Assembly: GCA_025558095.1 (NCBI GenBank)
Contig: JAIVFI010000034.1
Location: 310,001-374,000 of the forward strand
Direction: 5' to 3'
Origin: Hyaloraphidium curvatum SAG 235-1
Lineage: Eukaryota > Fungi > Monoblepharomycota
DNA: 64,000 nucleotides
This document shows, in pieces, positions 44,771 to 58,646 of this stretch (position 1 is its first letter; each line of letters begins with the position of its first letter). The notes beneath the pieces were generated by a model. The model was not told where the DNA came from. It was given only the letters and a program-made list of their open reading frames with translations, and did not search any database. The translations under genes were made by a program, and so were the position numbers.

Positions 44771-46399
44771 ATGGCGTCCGCGCCAAAGCAGGCGCCGTCG
44801 GAGCACGACAAGTACGCGTCTCCGCTCACGTCGCGGTACGCCTCGCCGGAGATGGCGTTCAACTTCTCGGACATGAAAAAGTTCAGCACCTGGCGGCGGC
44901 TCTGGATCAACCTCGCCAAGGCGGAAAAGGAGCTGGGCCTGAACATCCCCGACGAAGCGCTAACACAGATGGAGGAGAACGTTACCAGTGCGTGGGGGTC
45001 TCCTGTTCCGGCGATTGGTGCTGACCCTGAGCTTCAAAGACATCGACTTTGAGATGGCCGCAAAAGAAGAGAAGCGCCGGCGGCACGACGTCATGGCCCA
45101 CGTGCACACCTTCGGCGTGGTGGCACCGGCTGCTGCCAGCATCATCCACCTCGGGGCCACGTCGTGCTACGTTACGGACAACTCGGAACTCATCATGATG
45201 CGCGATGGACTGGATATTCTTCTCCCGAAGCTCGCATCCTGCATCCAGAAGCTGGCGCAGTTTGCGCGGAAGCACGCGGACCTTCCCACCCTTGGATTCA
45301 CCCACTTCCAGCCCGCGCAGCTCACGACCGTAGGCAAGCGCTGCTGCCTGTGGCTTCAAGATCTGCTTTTTGACTTGCGGAACATCACTCGCGTCCGGGA
45401 GGATCTGAGGTTCCGAGGCGTCAAGGGCACGACGGGGACCCAGGCCTCGTTCCTCACCCTTTTCGATGGCGATGGAGAAAAGGTGGGAACATGTTCGTCG
45501 CTTCGCCGGATCATTCTCACACTCGCCAAAGTGTGAGAAGCTCGACGAGCTCGTGACGAAGCTCGCGGGGTTCCCCTCGGCGTACCGTGTGACCGGACAG
45601 ACCTACTCGCGCCACGTTGACCTGGACGTTCTCGCCGCGTTGTCTGCTTTCGGAGTCTCGGCTCACAAGCTAGCCACTGACATCCGGCTTCTCGCGCACA
45701 TGAAGGAGGTGGAAGAGCCGTTCGAGAAGGATCAGATCGGAAGCTCGGCCATGGCCTACAAGCGCAACCCGATGCGCTGCGAGCGCGTTTGCGGCCTTTC
45801 CCGCCATCTCATTGCCCTGGTGCAGGACGCACAGATGACGGCGGCGACGCAGTGGTGGGTCGGCGTCCACGGAGCGGGAATCTCCCAGCTCAATGTCTGC
45901 CCACGTCAGGTTCGAGCGCACTCTCGACGACTCCGCCAACCGCCGGATCTCCATCCCCGAAGCCTTTCTGACGACCGACATCCTCCTGTCGCTCCTCCAG
46001 AACATCTTTGACGGAATGGTCGTCTACCCGAAGGTGATCGCCAAGCACATTGCCCAGGAGCTGCCCTTCATGGCGACGGAAAACATAATCATGGCCATCG
46101 TCAAGGCTGGTGGCAACAGGCAGGATTGCCACGAGAAGATCCGAGTCCTCAGCCAGGAAGCCGCCAGGGTTGTGAAGGAATCCGGCGGTGACAATGACCT
46201 GATCGCCCGCGTGAAGGCGGACCCTTACTTTGAGCCCATCTGGGACAAGCTGGACGCGCTTCTGGATCCTTCGACGTTTGTCGGGCGCGCTCCGGAGCAG
46301 ACCAGGCGCTTCCTGGACGGTGAGGTCGCGGAAGCTCTGAAACCGTGGATGGAGCTCCTGGAGGGCGGAAAGGTTGCGCAGGAGGAGATCGCCGTGTAA
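44771..46399 (+). CDS. ADE13: Adenylosuccinate lyase
   Basis: [46 protein letters not shown]; three introns. Confidence 0.97.
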
Positions 46400-46620
46400 A
46401 TTATAGGAAAACACCATTTTGGCAGTGGATTGCAGCTACAGGAGATGGCACGACACTTACCCGGAGCTTGAGCACGCGGTGTGTCGCATAAGGGCATCAG
46501 TGGGCATCAGCAGTATCAGCGGTCGTCAGATCTTCGTCCCCCGCGTACGGCGGCATTCAGGAACCTTTGAGCATTCTGAAAACAAATTGCCCCGCACCGC
46601 TTTGCCCGCAACGGCTCGGC

Positions 46621-47313
46621 ATGGCTGTCGAACGCGTCGACGACAACGCGGGGGAGCCAGACCATGACGCTCCGCCGCCCCACGCCTCGTTGCTGCTTCA
46701 AAGTCCCCCGCGGACAACGCTTGTGAAGGAGCAGAGGAGCGCGGAGATGAAGCTGAAGCTGCTGAACCGAATGCAATCCGCGTCACCGGCCGTCGGCGCA
46801 TCGAGAGCCGAAGCGGGCGAGGCATTTGGGTTCACAGAGGAGCACAGTCCGTCGCAGCAAGCTCTGCATACCGCGAAGCGGCAATCAGTGCACGTCATGA
46901 AACGGGCCATGTCGAACCAGAAACTCCTGCGACACACGAGCACGTCGTCCACCGCAGCGGGCCAGGCGGAGGATCTCGGAGCTTTGCGATCGAGGATCCA
47001 ACGACACATGCGCAGATTGACATTGGAGGATGATGCGGAAGGCTCGTCAGGAGAGCCCGCGACGGACTTGGTTGCACCAGGGGCCATCTTTGCCGCGGAT
47101 CCGGACGAGTTGCCTGCAGACGCCCCGCCGTCGAAACCAGTCAGACCATTGAGACTCGAGGAACTTCCGGGCCACGTGAAGCGCCACCTTGCCAAGTTGG
47201 ACGCTGCGCGATCGGGGCCAGAGGCAGGGGCGGAGGAGCGATCTGAGCCAGTGCGGACTCGGGCGGTTCTCCCTGTTGCGCCCCCGTCGGTTGGACGGTG
47301 GCGGATCGCATGA
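46621..47313 (+). CDS. Hypothetical protein
   Basis: Single coding-like ORF filling the gap between ADE13 and the CAF-1 gene; no family recognised. Confidence 0.45.
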   Translation: MAVERVDDNAGEPDHDAPPPHASLLLQSPPRTTLVKEQRSAEMKLKLLNRMQSASPAVGASRAEAGEAFGFTEEHSPSQQALHTAKRQSVHVMKRAMSNQKLLRHTSTSSTAAGQAEDLGALRSRIQRHMRRLTLEDDAEGSSGEPATDLVAPGAIFAADPDELPADAPPSKPVRPLRLEELPGHVKRHLAKLDAARSGPEAGAEERSEPVRTRAVLPVAPPSVGRWRIA

Positions 47314-47466
47314 TAGTTGAATGCTTTTAGCGATCTTGTAGAGAAAGGTCGAAGAAGCTGAACAAAGAATCCTGGGGTGTGATTGTGGTGTAGGAGGACT
47401 CGTCCAGGAACTTGGTCGTCTTGGGCCGGGGACGTGCTTCCGACGGCCCCCTCGCCCACGGACCAA

Positions 47467-50400
47467 ATGGCCGCCGGGGCCCCGAGGACCATTGCTTCCT
47501 TCTTTTCCGCGAAGCCGTCGCCGGCGACGCGGAAGGAGGTCGTTGTCATTGACGACTCGGACGACGTTGTGGACTCCGCTGCGGACGCCGGGGAACCCGT
47601 CCCGCGGGACGACGCCGGGGCGCCGGAGCCGTCCCACGCCACGCCTGCGAGAGCTCCTCCTCAAGATGCTCCCTCTGCGGCGGACGGCCTTGAAGGTCGG
47701 TCCTTCCCTTTCGCAGCGGTGCCGCGGTCTTCAACGGCTACCGCGGTCCCAGGCACGTCGGGGTCGGTCGAGCGCAAGCGCAAGAGTCCGGACGCCGCAG
47801 CGGACGACGATCCCATGATACTGGGTTGGAAAGCTATGCGCTACCGGCTCGGCGCGCTCTGAACGCGTTTCGCAGACCAACCAGCCTCGCCCCCCCCTCG
47901 TCCTGTACCCTCGGCGAAGAAGGCCAAGACAGCTTCTGGTGGGCAACGACCTCGCTCTTACTTTGCGGACCTATCTCAAGGAAGAAAACAGGTGCAGCGT
48001 CGCCGTCTACCCCGGATTCGAGGGCGGCAGAAGTGAAGGATGGGAAGATTGTCTTCAAGGAGAGCAAGATGGAGTACGGGCAAGCTCCGTACAGCCTTAA
48101 AGGTTCTCGCCTCGCGTGAAGACTCTGTCAGTTGCTCACCCATTTCCCTCGCGTAAAGAAACCTTCACCTTCATGGAGTTCCGGAAAACGCAGACTGAAC
48201 CGGCCACGACCTTCCCCGAGCAGTGGCTGCCGCTGGTGGGCAAGCTGGTGCAGGACAAGACCACCAGCCGGGAGGTTTTGGCGAAGGAGGTGCTGAAGAA
48301 GCTCTGCCCCAACGAGGAGGAGGATTCGCAGGACCGTGGGTTTCGCACCTGAGCCCCGCGGAGCGCGTCTGAGGTTCCCAACCAGCGCCGGCACCGCCGT
48401 ACCTCTCGGCATCCGTGGTCGCGGAAGCCATTTCTTCCGTTGCGGAGAGGAAGAACTACGGGGTGCAGCGGAACGGTGCCGGGCCCCAGCAGTTGTCGAT
48501 TTGGCGTTGGGAGGTGCGGGATCTGGAGGCCACGTTCCCAGCGGACGTGGTGCAGAAAATTCGGACGAGGAGGGAGCGGAGAGTCAAGGCGCAGGAGGAG
48601 CTTCAGGGGTGGCTGGATGCGCTTCCGGAGGAGAAGCAGACCGAGACCCTGAACCCGGAGAAGAAGAAGCGTGCGAAGAAGAGCGACGTTCTGCCTGGGA
48701 GCGCGGTGGCTTCCCCCGCGCCAGCGAACGCTGCAGGTGCTGCTGAAAAGGTCAGCAGCACGAACGTTTCTCGGGACACCTCACCGACGGCAAATTGCCA
48801 GGAGAATCAGCCCGCTCCCGCGGCTCCAGCGCCTGCGCAAGCTGCGTCCGAAACGCCGGCCACTGGCAAGAAGAAGAAGGAACCGAAAGCCCCCGTGGAC
48901 AAGCAGAAGACCGCGGAGAAGGGAAAGGTCGCGGAGAAGGGCAAGAAGGCGGCCGAGCCAAAACCCGACCAGGTGCATTACGCCTGCAGCGGGTCGTCGC
49001 CGAGGATCTGACCCTCGGTCCAGCACAACCTTACCACCTTCTTCAAGGTCGTCGAGAGGGAGAAGCCGGCGCAGGGGTCCGGCGCCGCCGCCCTCTGCGA
49101 GTTCGATCGCATGTTCCTTCCGTTTGTGGGCGGCAAGGAGGTGCAAATCGCTCCGCATATTCCGTTTCCACGGGTTCTGCAGGACAGCTTCGAGTCGCTG
49201 CTTGAATCCCAAGATGCCACCGTCTCGATAGCCGAGTGGGTCGCGCAGGCAAAGGCGACCAACGTGGAGCGCGTGGTCAAGAGGCATGCCCCGTATAAGG
49301 CGTTGTACGCGGAGAAGGACGGGGTCGTGATGCTGGACGATGCGCCTCTGAAGCTCGCCGAGCGGAAGCCCCTGCGGAAGAAGCTGTTGCAGTTCCGGAG
49401 CGAGTACGACCTGCGTTTGCGGCCGCCGTACTGGGGTGGGTGGCTTTCTCGCCCTTTCTCTTCCACTCTGACCCGCCCGCGCAGGCGTCTTCACCAAGGC
49501 TTCCAACGTCGTCACCGGCCGCCGGCCTTTTGCCCGGGAATCGACACTGGATTACGAGTACGACAGCGAGGAGGAATGGGAGGAGGAGGAGGAGGGCGAG
49601 GACCTGGGGAGCGACGACGAGGACGAGGACGACCGCGCGAGCCGATCCTCCTTGGAGCCGGACGAGGACGACGACGGCTGGCTGGAGAAGGACGACGGTC
49701 AGGCCGACGGCGGGAGCGGGCTCGGCACACCGCGACCGTCGTCCCCTACGGGGCCCAAGAAGGCGCGCATCCAGCAGATCTCGGAACCGGTCGTCATCGG
49801 GCCGATATTCGACGACGTATCACTCGGGGAGTTTGCGCCCAACGCCCGGTTCGCCGAGTTTGCTTGCGAGGTGCTTGTGGAGAGTGGGTGTGTCGTGGGG
49901 TGGGATTGGTCGCGGCATCTGATGCAGTCCCGCCAGCCACCTGGTGCATCAACCCTTTCGACGTGCAATTCAACGATGCGCTGCTGGGCGGGGACGGTGG
50001 TGCTGGCGGCGCTTCCGAAGGACCGGGCGGTTCCAAGAGTGCGGGGGCAAAGTCGGGCCGGGGGAAGAAAAAGCAGGTCTTCCCGCCCGACAAGCTGCAG
50101 GAGCTCGCCGGCGTGGGTCCTTGTGCTGCTGCTGCACCCGATGGCCCTGATGCTTGGGTTCAGTACGTGCAGGGGTCGACAAAGTCGCTGCCCAACCTGG
50201 TCGAGGAGGTCAAGCTGAAGTGGGAGACCGGCGCCGTTTCCGCCGTTGCACGACTAACGGATGCCCCGTCCAGGTTCCCGGACGTTCCCAAGAAGACCCT
50301 GTCAGACAAGATCAAGGAGATCGCCGACACCAGGAAGGGATCGGTGCGTGGCTTGTGGCGTCGAGTGGAGTGGTCCCTGATCGTCCGTGCAGAAACCGCT

Positions 50401-50552
50401 GTGGCAGATCAAGCCGAACGTGGTGCAGGAGATGGCGAGTGCTGATGGTCCGCGCGCTCTGCCGGGTTTTGGCTGACGTTCACCTCCAGGCGGGGGGAGG
50501 GGCCGCCCAAACCACCGGGGAAGCTGGGCAGGGATCCCTCGAAGTGCCGTGA
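47467..50552 (+). CDS. Chromatin assembly factor 1 large subunit (CHAF1A/Cac1/Rlf2)
   Basis: KLLQF..RPPYWG, LDYEYDSEEEWEEEEEGEDL, DDGWL, C-terminal winged-helix-like region; many introns, boundaries approximate. Confidence 0.85.
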
Positions 50553-50886
50553 GTTCCGTTGCGCTGTGGTGCCGCGTCAGAACATGGATTTCATGCCGAC
50601 CCCGCAGATCCGCGGCCCCTGTCGATGCCTTGTAGGTCGACGTATGAACCCGGGATGAGTGATGAGTTCAGGTGGAGGCGGTGCAGAGCGGTCCAGGTGC
50701 CGCCAGCCGCCTGTCGATCATCTGGTCCGGAGAAACCCGTCCCGGCGAAGTTGGACACTCCTCCCCCTCTGCGTCCCGGCGCCCGCCGCCGACGCCCGGC
50801 CCGTGATGGGCCAGCCGTAGCCGGCCCTGCGCCGCCCGCCCGCCGGCCGCCCCGCACACCGTCCCCCACCCCTTTGCCCCTTTGCG

Positions 50887-52787
50887 ATGAACCTGCCCGT
50901 GCTGTTCGACTCCATCATCCTCAACGCGCAGGGCGCGCGGTCGTGCTACTTCGCCGGCCGGGAGGACGAGGCGTTCGTCAAGCTGGAGCAGTGCCAGCGC
51001 ACCATCGCGGCGCTGCGCGAGTTCCGCGACAAGGTGCACGCGCTGCTCAACGCCGACCCGACGCCGCCGCCCGCCGCCGCCGCGCTGCGCGCCGAGAAGC
51101 CGCCCGCGCGCCGTGGCCGCCCGCCCGGCTCGGGCGCGAAGCCGAAGCCGCCGAAGGCCGCGCCCACGCCGCCCGCGCAGCCGTCGCCCGCGCCGCCGCC
51201 GCCGGCAAAGCGCCCGCTGCAGCGGCTGCCGTCCGCAGAGTACCCGCCCGACCTGGGGCCGCACGCCTCGCTGCCCATCTCGCCGTACCACACCGCGAAC
51301 GACGTGTCGGACGACGGCGACACGGCCGACCTCGGGCACCCGTCGCCCGCGGGCGCCACGGAGCTCGTGCCGGACTTCATCGCGCGGCTGGACGAGGTCT
51401 TCTTCGGCTTCCTGGCCCGCGTGTGCTCGGACCTAAACGCCACGGACAGCGAGGGCGAGCGGATGTGGGCACCTGCTGCATCCCCCGCGACCGCATCTCA
51501 CCCACCTCCGTTGCAGCCACCAGACGCAGACCGCCAAGCGGCTCCAGGGCGTCAGCGAGTCCGACTTCAACGCCTTCAAGTTCCGCATTCGGCCATTCAT
51601 CAACGCCTTCAGGGAGGAGCTTCAGTCCAAGGGCTTCACCCCCGACGTGCTGCCCGAGAAGCTCCTGAAGCTGTACCTGGCGCAGCAGCGGTGGGCACTC
51701 ATTCCTCGACGTGCAGTCCTTCCCCTCGCTGACCTGCGCCGCCCAAAGGTACATCTCCCGGTTCAATGAGGAGGGCCGGAAAGCAAAGTCCAAAGGGACG
51801 CACGTGTGGATGGTCGAGGCCAAGAAGACGGCAGACGGCGGCTTCATCTTCCGCGAGTTCGAGCGCAAGATCGTCGGCCCCGAACCGCCGGCCGTCGCGC
51901 ACGTCGGTTCGCGGTTCCGCTACGAGCCCCGCATCTTCGATCCCCAAACGAGCAGTAGGCATCGAGCCGGCGACCACCGCGCGTGCCGCTCTCGCTTACC
52001 CTGACTTCATCTAGGCCCGAAAGTTACCTTCAAGTCTCCAAACTTGCCTGATTGGCTGCGGTGGGAGAGCAACGTGCTCACCGGGATCGTCCCGCCGGAC
52101 GCGATGCCGGTGGACATCCAGGTGCTGGGCCACTACCGCTCCGGTGACGATGGTGGGTTCCAGGCTTGCTTGGCAGCGTCCCCGGGTCCCTAACCTCTCA
52201 TCTGTGCAGTCGTCACCGTCGAAAAGTCTTTCCACCTGGACATCGCGCCCTGGGACGCGAGCAGCGTGCCACCGGGCATGTTCCCGGACGGGAGCATGCC
52301 TTACAGCCCCACGGGCACCTTGGACTCGCGGACATTTGCCCTGCCGCCCACGCCGGCCGACACGATACCGACGATCTCAGTGGATCTCGCCCAACCAAAG
52401 ACGAAAATGCCGCGGCGCAACTCCATCGGCGCGCAGCCGCCGATGCCAGTCGGTTACGACGGTTCCCTGGGCTTCGACACGATGGAAGAGATCCCGGGGA
52501 GCCTGAAGCGGAAGCGGGGACGCCCTCCCATGCACGGGGAGGCCGAGTTTGCCAACAGCATCTACCAGGACATTGCCCACACCCACGGCGCGTTCAACGG
52601 GAACCCGCATTTCGGCGAGCACGAGGGATTCTCGGACGAAGGGGATCTGGGGCAGAACCCGGACCTCCTGTACGCGGCAAACGGCTATCCCGGGTCGATG
52701 TACGACGATTCGTTCCGGTATCCGCCGCCGCACGCCCGCATGCCGCAGTTCCAGCAGAGTGCGTACCCTGCATTTGAAGACTATTAA
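50887..52787 (+). CDS. Uncharacterised fungal nuclear protein with AT-hook-like motifs
   Basis: FFGFLARVCSDLNATDSEGE, FKFRIRPFINAF, YISRFNEEGRKAKSKGTHVW; RRGRPP and KRKRGRPP. Confidence 0.7.
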
Positions 52788-52959
52788 GTGGCTGGCGAGG
52801 CGTCTCTGGAGCATGGTGGTCAGGAGATCTTTTGGCAAGGATGTACAGCGAAAATATGCCCTCTTTGCGTGTTGTGATTTGAGTCATTAAATGGCACAGT
52901 TCTACTAGCCGACTGGCGACAGAGGTATCGGGTGTGGGGGAATCTGCGGGCTCCGATCT

Positions 52960-53545
52960 CTACTTGGCACTTCCACGCGGAGCCAGCGGCTGCCCGATGT
53001 CCTACGGAGGTGGAACGTGAGATCACCCACAATCGCCCGCGGCAGCGACGCACCTTGCCACGCAGCTTGACGCCGAGCACCCGCTCCATCTTGCCGAGAA
53101 CCTGGGGGTTCGGGACCGCCTTGCCGGACTCGAACTCACCCACCACCGTGGGCTTTTCGTTGATCTTCTGCGCGAGGTCCTGGAGCAAAGGCATCGGTCA
53201 GATCTCCGCAACGGCTGCTCGCTGAACGGACCGGCCGACCTTTTGCGTCATCTCTTTCGCCATCCTAGCCTGCTGAATGGCCTTGGAGAGCGACAGCGAC
53301 ACCTTCTCGACGTGGAAGTTGCCCTCGTCCGTCTCCCGGTCGACCTTTGCCAGCTTCTGCCCGTCGACCGAGTGCCCGGCGTTCAGGTGGACGGCCTTCT
53401 TCTCCGTCTCGAGCGAGGCCCCGGACCGGCGGGCAGCGTTCAGCTCAGAGTCGGTCCGGAGGGTCGAGGTGGAGACCGGCTTCTTCTTGATCACGGTGAC
53501 CGAGTCCCAATCGCTGTTGGACTGCGGTACTCCGGCCTTCGACAT
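52960..53545 (-). CDS. MBF1: Multiprotein bridging factor 1
   Basis: [20 protein letters not shown]|[18 protein letters not shown]. Confidence 0.95.
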
Positions 53546-53683
53546 CTCTCTTTCGGCAGAGGCAAGAATGAAAGTGGGGAAGTTGACACGAGAAAACGTC
53601 CCGCGCGGCCAGGCTCTCCGTTCTCAGAACATATCGCGCCGCCCCGCGTCGAACGGCGCGCTCTGCCTGGGCCGACGAATGCG

Positions 53684-55635
53684 ATGGCGACGGACGCGAC
53701 AGCAGCTGTCGCCCACATGTCGCTAGTGGAGCCGCGGAGTCCGGAGGAAGTCACGGACGAGGACCGGGCGGCCGCGGAGGCGCTCAAGGACGATGGGAAC
53801 AAACTCTTCGCCGCGAGGCACTATCCGGCGGCCATCGAGGCCTACACTAAGGCGATCGCGCGGAATCCGGTAGGGTGGCCCGCCGTGCTGTCCGTCGGCG
53901 GCCGATCTGAATGTGCTGCCGGGGCGCGGGGCCTTAGTTCGTGGCATCATACTACTCGAACCGCGCGGCGGCGTACATCAGGGAGGAGTTCCTGGGATAC
54001 GCCATCGCGGACGCAAACAAGGCGATAGAGATAGATCCCAAGTTCATTAAGGCCTACTACCGCCGGGCGAGTGCCAACATGGGACTGTCCAAGATCAAGG
54101 AAGCGGTCAGGGACTTCCGGTGGGCCTCGCTGGAAGCTAGTGGCAGAGCCGTGCCCTGATTAGAGCTGTCCAACGACTCGGCAGCACCGTGGTCAAGTTC
54201 GCCCCGCAGGACGCGGACGCCAAGGGGAAGCTATCCGAGTGCGAAAAGGAGCTGCGCCGGCGGCAGTTCGAGAGCGCGATCTCCGTCCAGGAGCAGCAGG
54301 TTTCGGCTTTGGAGCGTATTGGGGACATCGATAGCATCATCGTCGAGCCCTCCTACGATGGGCCGCACTTGGAAGTGGATCCCGAAACAAAGCAAGATGT
54401 GATCACGGAGGACTTCACGCGGCGGTTGATGGAGGACTTCAAATCCCAGAAGAAGCTCCATCGAAAGTATGCCTACAAGATTCTCAAGAACGTGAAGGAG
54501 CTGCTCAGCAAGCAGAAGAGCCTCGTGGACATCTCGGTGCCGGACGGCGGCCAGGTCATCGTCTGCGGGGACATTCACGGGCAGTACTATGACCTCCTGA
54601 ACATCTTCGAGCAGAACGGCCTGCCTTCTGCGCAGAATGTCTACCTGTTCAACGGCGGTCGGTTCGATGCTGTATTCGGGGGGTTGGGGTTCTGACACTT
54701 CCATTTTCTGACCTCAGACTTTGTCGACCGCGGGTCCTTTAGTGTGGAGTGCATCCTCGTGCTGTTTGCCTTCAAATGGTTGTTCCCGGAAGCCTTCTTC
54801 CTCACGCGAGGCAACCACGAGGCAGACGACATGAACAAAGGTAGGAGCTCCATAGCACTCGGGGGGTTTCGCCGCGTCTGACCGGGGCCGCCGGCGTTGC
54901 TAGTGTACGGCTTCGAAGGAGAGGTCAAAGCCAAATTCAACGATACCATGTTCAAGCTCTTCAGCGAAGTCTTCGACGCGATTCCCGTGGCAAATGTGAT
55001 TGAGAACAAGGTTTTCGTGGTTCACGGGGGGCTGCCGAGCCAGGAAAACGCCACACTAGGTAGGTCTCGGCGCATAAATGTGCTGCACAAGCTGACTTCT
55101 CTGGAAGACGATATCCGGAACATAGATAGATACAAGCAGCCAGGCTCCGAGGGCCTCATGGCGGATCTCCTCTGGGCGGATCCGCAACCCATGCCTGGTC
55201 GCGGACCTTCGAAGCGAGGCGTCGGCCTTCAGTTCGGCCCAGATGTGACCAGTGACTTTCTGAAGCGGAACAATCTCGAGCTTCTCATTCGGAGCCACGA
55301 GGTCAAGGAGGCCGGGTACGAAATTGAGCACGGCAAGAAGTGCGTGACGGTGTTCAGCGCACCAAACTACGTGGGTTGGAGCCTCGCGAACCTAACCTAT
55401 GGCGCTGACTTCGTTTGGGGCACAGGTGGATCAGATGGGCAACATGGGCTGCGTTATAGCCGTCAAGAAACGCGGTTGCCCCTTGGTCGCCGGAAACGGC
55501 GGCTACACCGTCACCGATACCTTGACCGTCGGAGATTTCGACCTGCAGTTCCGGCAATTCTCCGCCGTGCCTCATCCTGTGGGCATCAAGCCGATGCAGT
55601 ATGCGGGCCGGTTGTCGGGCCTCCTGGGGGCATAA
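53684..55635 (+). CDS. PPT1: Serine/threonine protein phosphatase 5 (TPR plus PPP domain)
   Basis: TPR repeats, GDIHGQ, FNG|DFVDRGS, RGNHE, VFSAPNY. Confidence 0.95.
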
Positions 55636-55660
55636 TGTAGGATGGTGCCGGAGAGTTTTA

Positions 55661-57005
55661 CTATGTCTGCAGCATTGTACGCGCTGCTTGCTCTACATCC
55701 AGCTCTGATGCCATGGTCCATTCCCACGGTCCTAGTCCGCTCACAGTGCCTCCGCCGAGGACGAGGTCGCCATGGTACGCAGCCACCCACTGGCCGAGGG
55801 CGGCCCCTCTCACTGGCTCATCAAATTCGATTGTGGCTTCCAAACGGTCCGGCATCCTCCCGGACTGGCGAACGCGCAAAGTAGCCAATCGCATGGTGTC
55901 TCGATAACATGTTTGAGCAGAGATCCGCAGCATCGCAGGGCCCACTTCGCGCCGAACCCAGCGCCAGTCATGAATTGTCAGGGAGCTCCTGAAGAGCGCT
56001 GGGTGATCATGATCGGGAACCACGACGACGGTGTCTAGGGGCACGATCTTCTGCGCCACGTAGTGCTTCGATCTTCTTCCAGGGATCCTCGCCGACTGAC
56101 CGATAGTCAGGTACCGCGACGGCTCCGTGTCCTTCAAAAGGTGCACGGGGGCACCACGCACGTCCTCGGAGTCCGCGAGCACCGCGAAGTGCCCCGCTCC
56201 ATTGGTTTGCTGACCTACGTATGCATCTGTAGCATGGCGTGAACGTCCGAGGCACGGCTCCGCGGCAGCGATGCTCACCGAGAAACTCCGAAAAGCGCTT
56301 CCGCTTCCCAACCATGCAGATCCCCATGCTTTCCTTCCTATTCCGAAGCCACGCCATGCCTGCTTCTTCGATGGCTATAGTCTTCACTTGCGACTTTAGG
56401 AGGCTGCCGAGCGGAAAGAGCACCGTCCGGAGCTGTCCGCTGCCCAGCGACGACAAGAAGTACGATTGGTCCTTGTCCGGATCCACGCCTCGCAAAAGCT
56501 CGGGCGTTTTCAAGGAAGAAGACGGCGGCCGTATCCTGGCGTAGTGTCCCGTCGCGAGCCAGCAATCCCCGCCAGCGAGATCATCCTCGAGGAGGTCCAA
56601 CAGGCGCCCGAACTTGATGTGCCTGTTGCACATGACGTCCGGGTTCGGCGTCCAGCCACGGCCATAGTCGGCCAACATGGGATCGAACACCTCGGTCCAG
56701 TAGTCCCTCACCAGGTCGACCCGGCGACAACGGATCCGGAGGTGAGAGCACGTGCGTTGGACGTCGGCCCAGTCCCGCTCAGACGTGCATTGGCCGGTTT
56801 CATCGCGCGTGTCCCAGTTGTGCATGTACACTCCCTCGACGGCGTAGCCTTGCTTCTGCAGCAGGTACGCCGTCGCGGAACTGTCCACGCCTCCGGACAT
56901 GGCCACAATTGCGCGCGGTCCGGGCTTCGAGGGGCCCATGGCGCCCGCGGAAGATGCCCGGCGACGTGATTCTAGGAAAACGGCACGTCTGACCACCGTC
57001 GCCAT
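55661..57005 (-). CDS. SLM3: Mitochondrial tRNA 2-thiouridylase (MnmA/Slm3/TRMU)
   Basis: AMSGGVDS, TPNPDVMCNRHIKF, ATGHYA, KDQSYFL, ESMGIC. Confidence 0.95.
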
Positions 57006-57100
57006 GATTGCGAAGGGTGAGTTGCTGGGCGGGATTGAGTGTCGGTGGCAAAGGCAACTTGCCTGAAAACCGGCGTAAACAACCGGGTTCCGGAGCGCAA

Positions 57101-58639
57101 ATGGCCGATGCGGGGGAGCAACGGCGCGCAGCGCTTGCAAGATACTCGAAGAAGTCTCTTACGATCGTCCTGAAGCTCGGCACGTCGTCGATTTGTGACG
57201 AAAAGACCCACCTGCCGCTCCTCTCGAACTTGTCGGCGCTCGTGGAGACGGTAGTGCGCCTGCGCGGTCTGGGGCATCGCGTCGTCATTGTCAGCTCGGG
57301 AGCTATTGGTACTGGCCTCAGGAGACTCAACCTGGACAAGAAGCCGAAACACCTTGCCAAGATCCAGGCACGTGCTGCTCGTCCCGGTTGGCCAAGTCCG
57401 CCGGCTTATGTCCCGTGCTGCGCAATCCAGGCGGTGGCCGCTGTGGGTCAAGGCCGCCTAATGAGCCTTTACGACGACCTATTTGGCCAGTTCAATCAGC
57501 CGATAGCTCAGATTCTGTTGTCCCGGAACAATCTCTCTGAGGTCGGCTCGTCTGTGCAGCCGACGCAGGAGAGCCTAACATTCGACGCACAGCGAACACA
57601 CTACCTCAATGCCTGCAACACCTTTCTGGAGCTCCTGAACATGGGCGTGGTCCCCATCGTGAACGAGAACGACGCCGTGTCGGTTTCGGAGATCCGCGAG
57701 GGAGGCAACGGCAAATTCGGCGACAACGACACCCTTTCGGCTATCACGGCCGGGATGATCAACGCAGACTTCCTCTTCCTCATGACCGACGTCGATGCGC
57801 TCTACAGCGATAATCCTAGAACGAACCCGGACGCAAAGCCCCTTCGAGTCGTGGACGACATTACAGAGACACGCGGTACAGGTGGGCGTCTAGGGCCATT
57901 CCGCAGTACGCCAGAGCACCCTTCCTGATGCCCGCGCACAGTCAAGGTCACGACCCCCGGGTCGTCCTTGGGAACCGGCGGCATGGTAACGAAGCTCATC
58001 GCCGCGGAGCTGGCCACCGCGGCTGGTTGTGCCACGGTGGTCTGCCGGGGCTCCGAGCCGTCAAAGACCTTGACGATCATCCAGGACATTGCAGCGGGAA
58101 AGGAGCCGTCCGCGGGCACGGTCTTTCTCCCGAAACCGAACCCCATGATCGATCGGAAATGGTGGATCATGCACGGCCTGGCCACGGCCGGGACGATCTT
58201 TGTCGACCACGGGGCCGTGCGGGCCATTGTGGCACACCGCTCGAGCCTGTTCGCCGCGGGCATTACCAACGTCGAAGGCAACTTTGGAGCCAGCCAGGCC
58301 GTGAAGGTCGTGACGGTGGTCCGGGAGCCGGGCGCCGAGCCGGATAAGGAGGTCGAAACCGTCGTCGAGATCGCCAAGGGGTTGGTGAACTACCCGAGTG
58401 CGGATGTGCAGCGCATCAAGGGCTGCAAAAGCTCCGAAATCGTCGATCGCCTCGGAGTCATGGAGTCGGACAGCGTGATCCACCGCGACAACCTGGTGGT
58501 CGATTCGCGGGCTCGGCTGGTTTTAGAGAGACTTGCTGCCCTTTTGGCAGATTCGAAACGGGCCAACCCGCTGGCTCGAACGCTGAGAGAAGATGGGAGG
58601 TCCCCCTCCGTCGGTAGCAACATGAGCGAGGATGGCTGA
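57101..58639 (+). CDS. PRO1: Glutamate 5-kinase with PUA domain
   Basis: [50 protein letters not shown]. Confidence 0.96.
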
Positions 58640-58646
58640 GGGAGGA

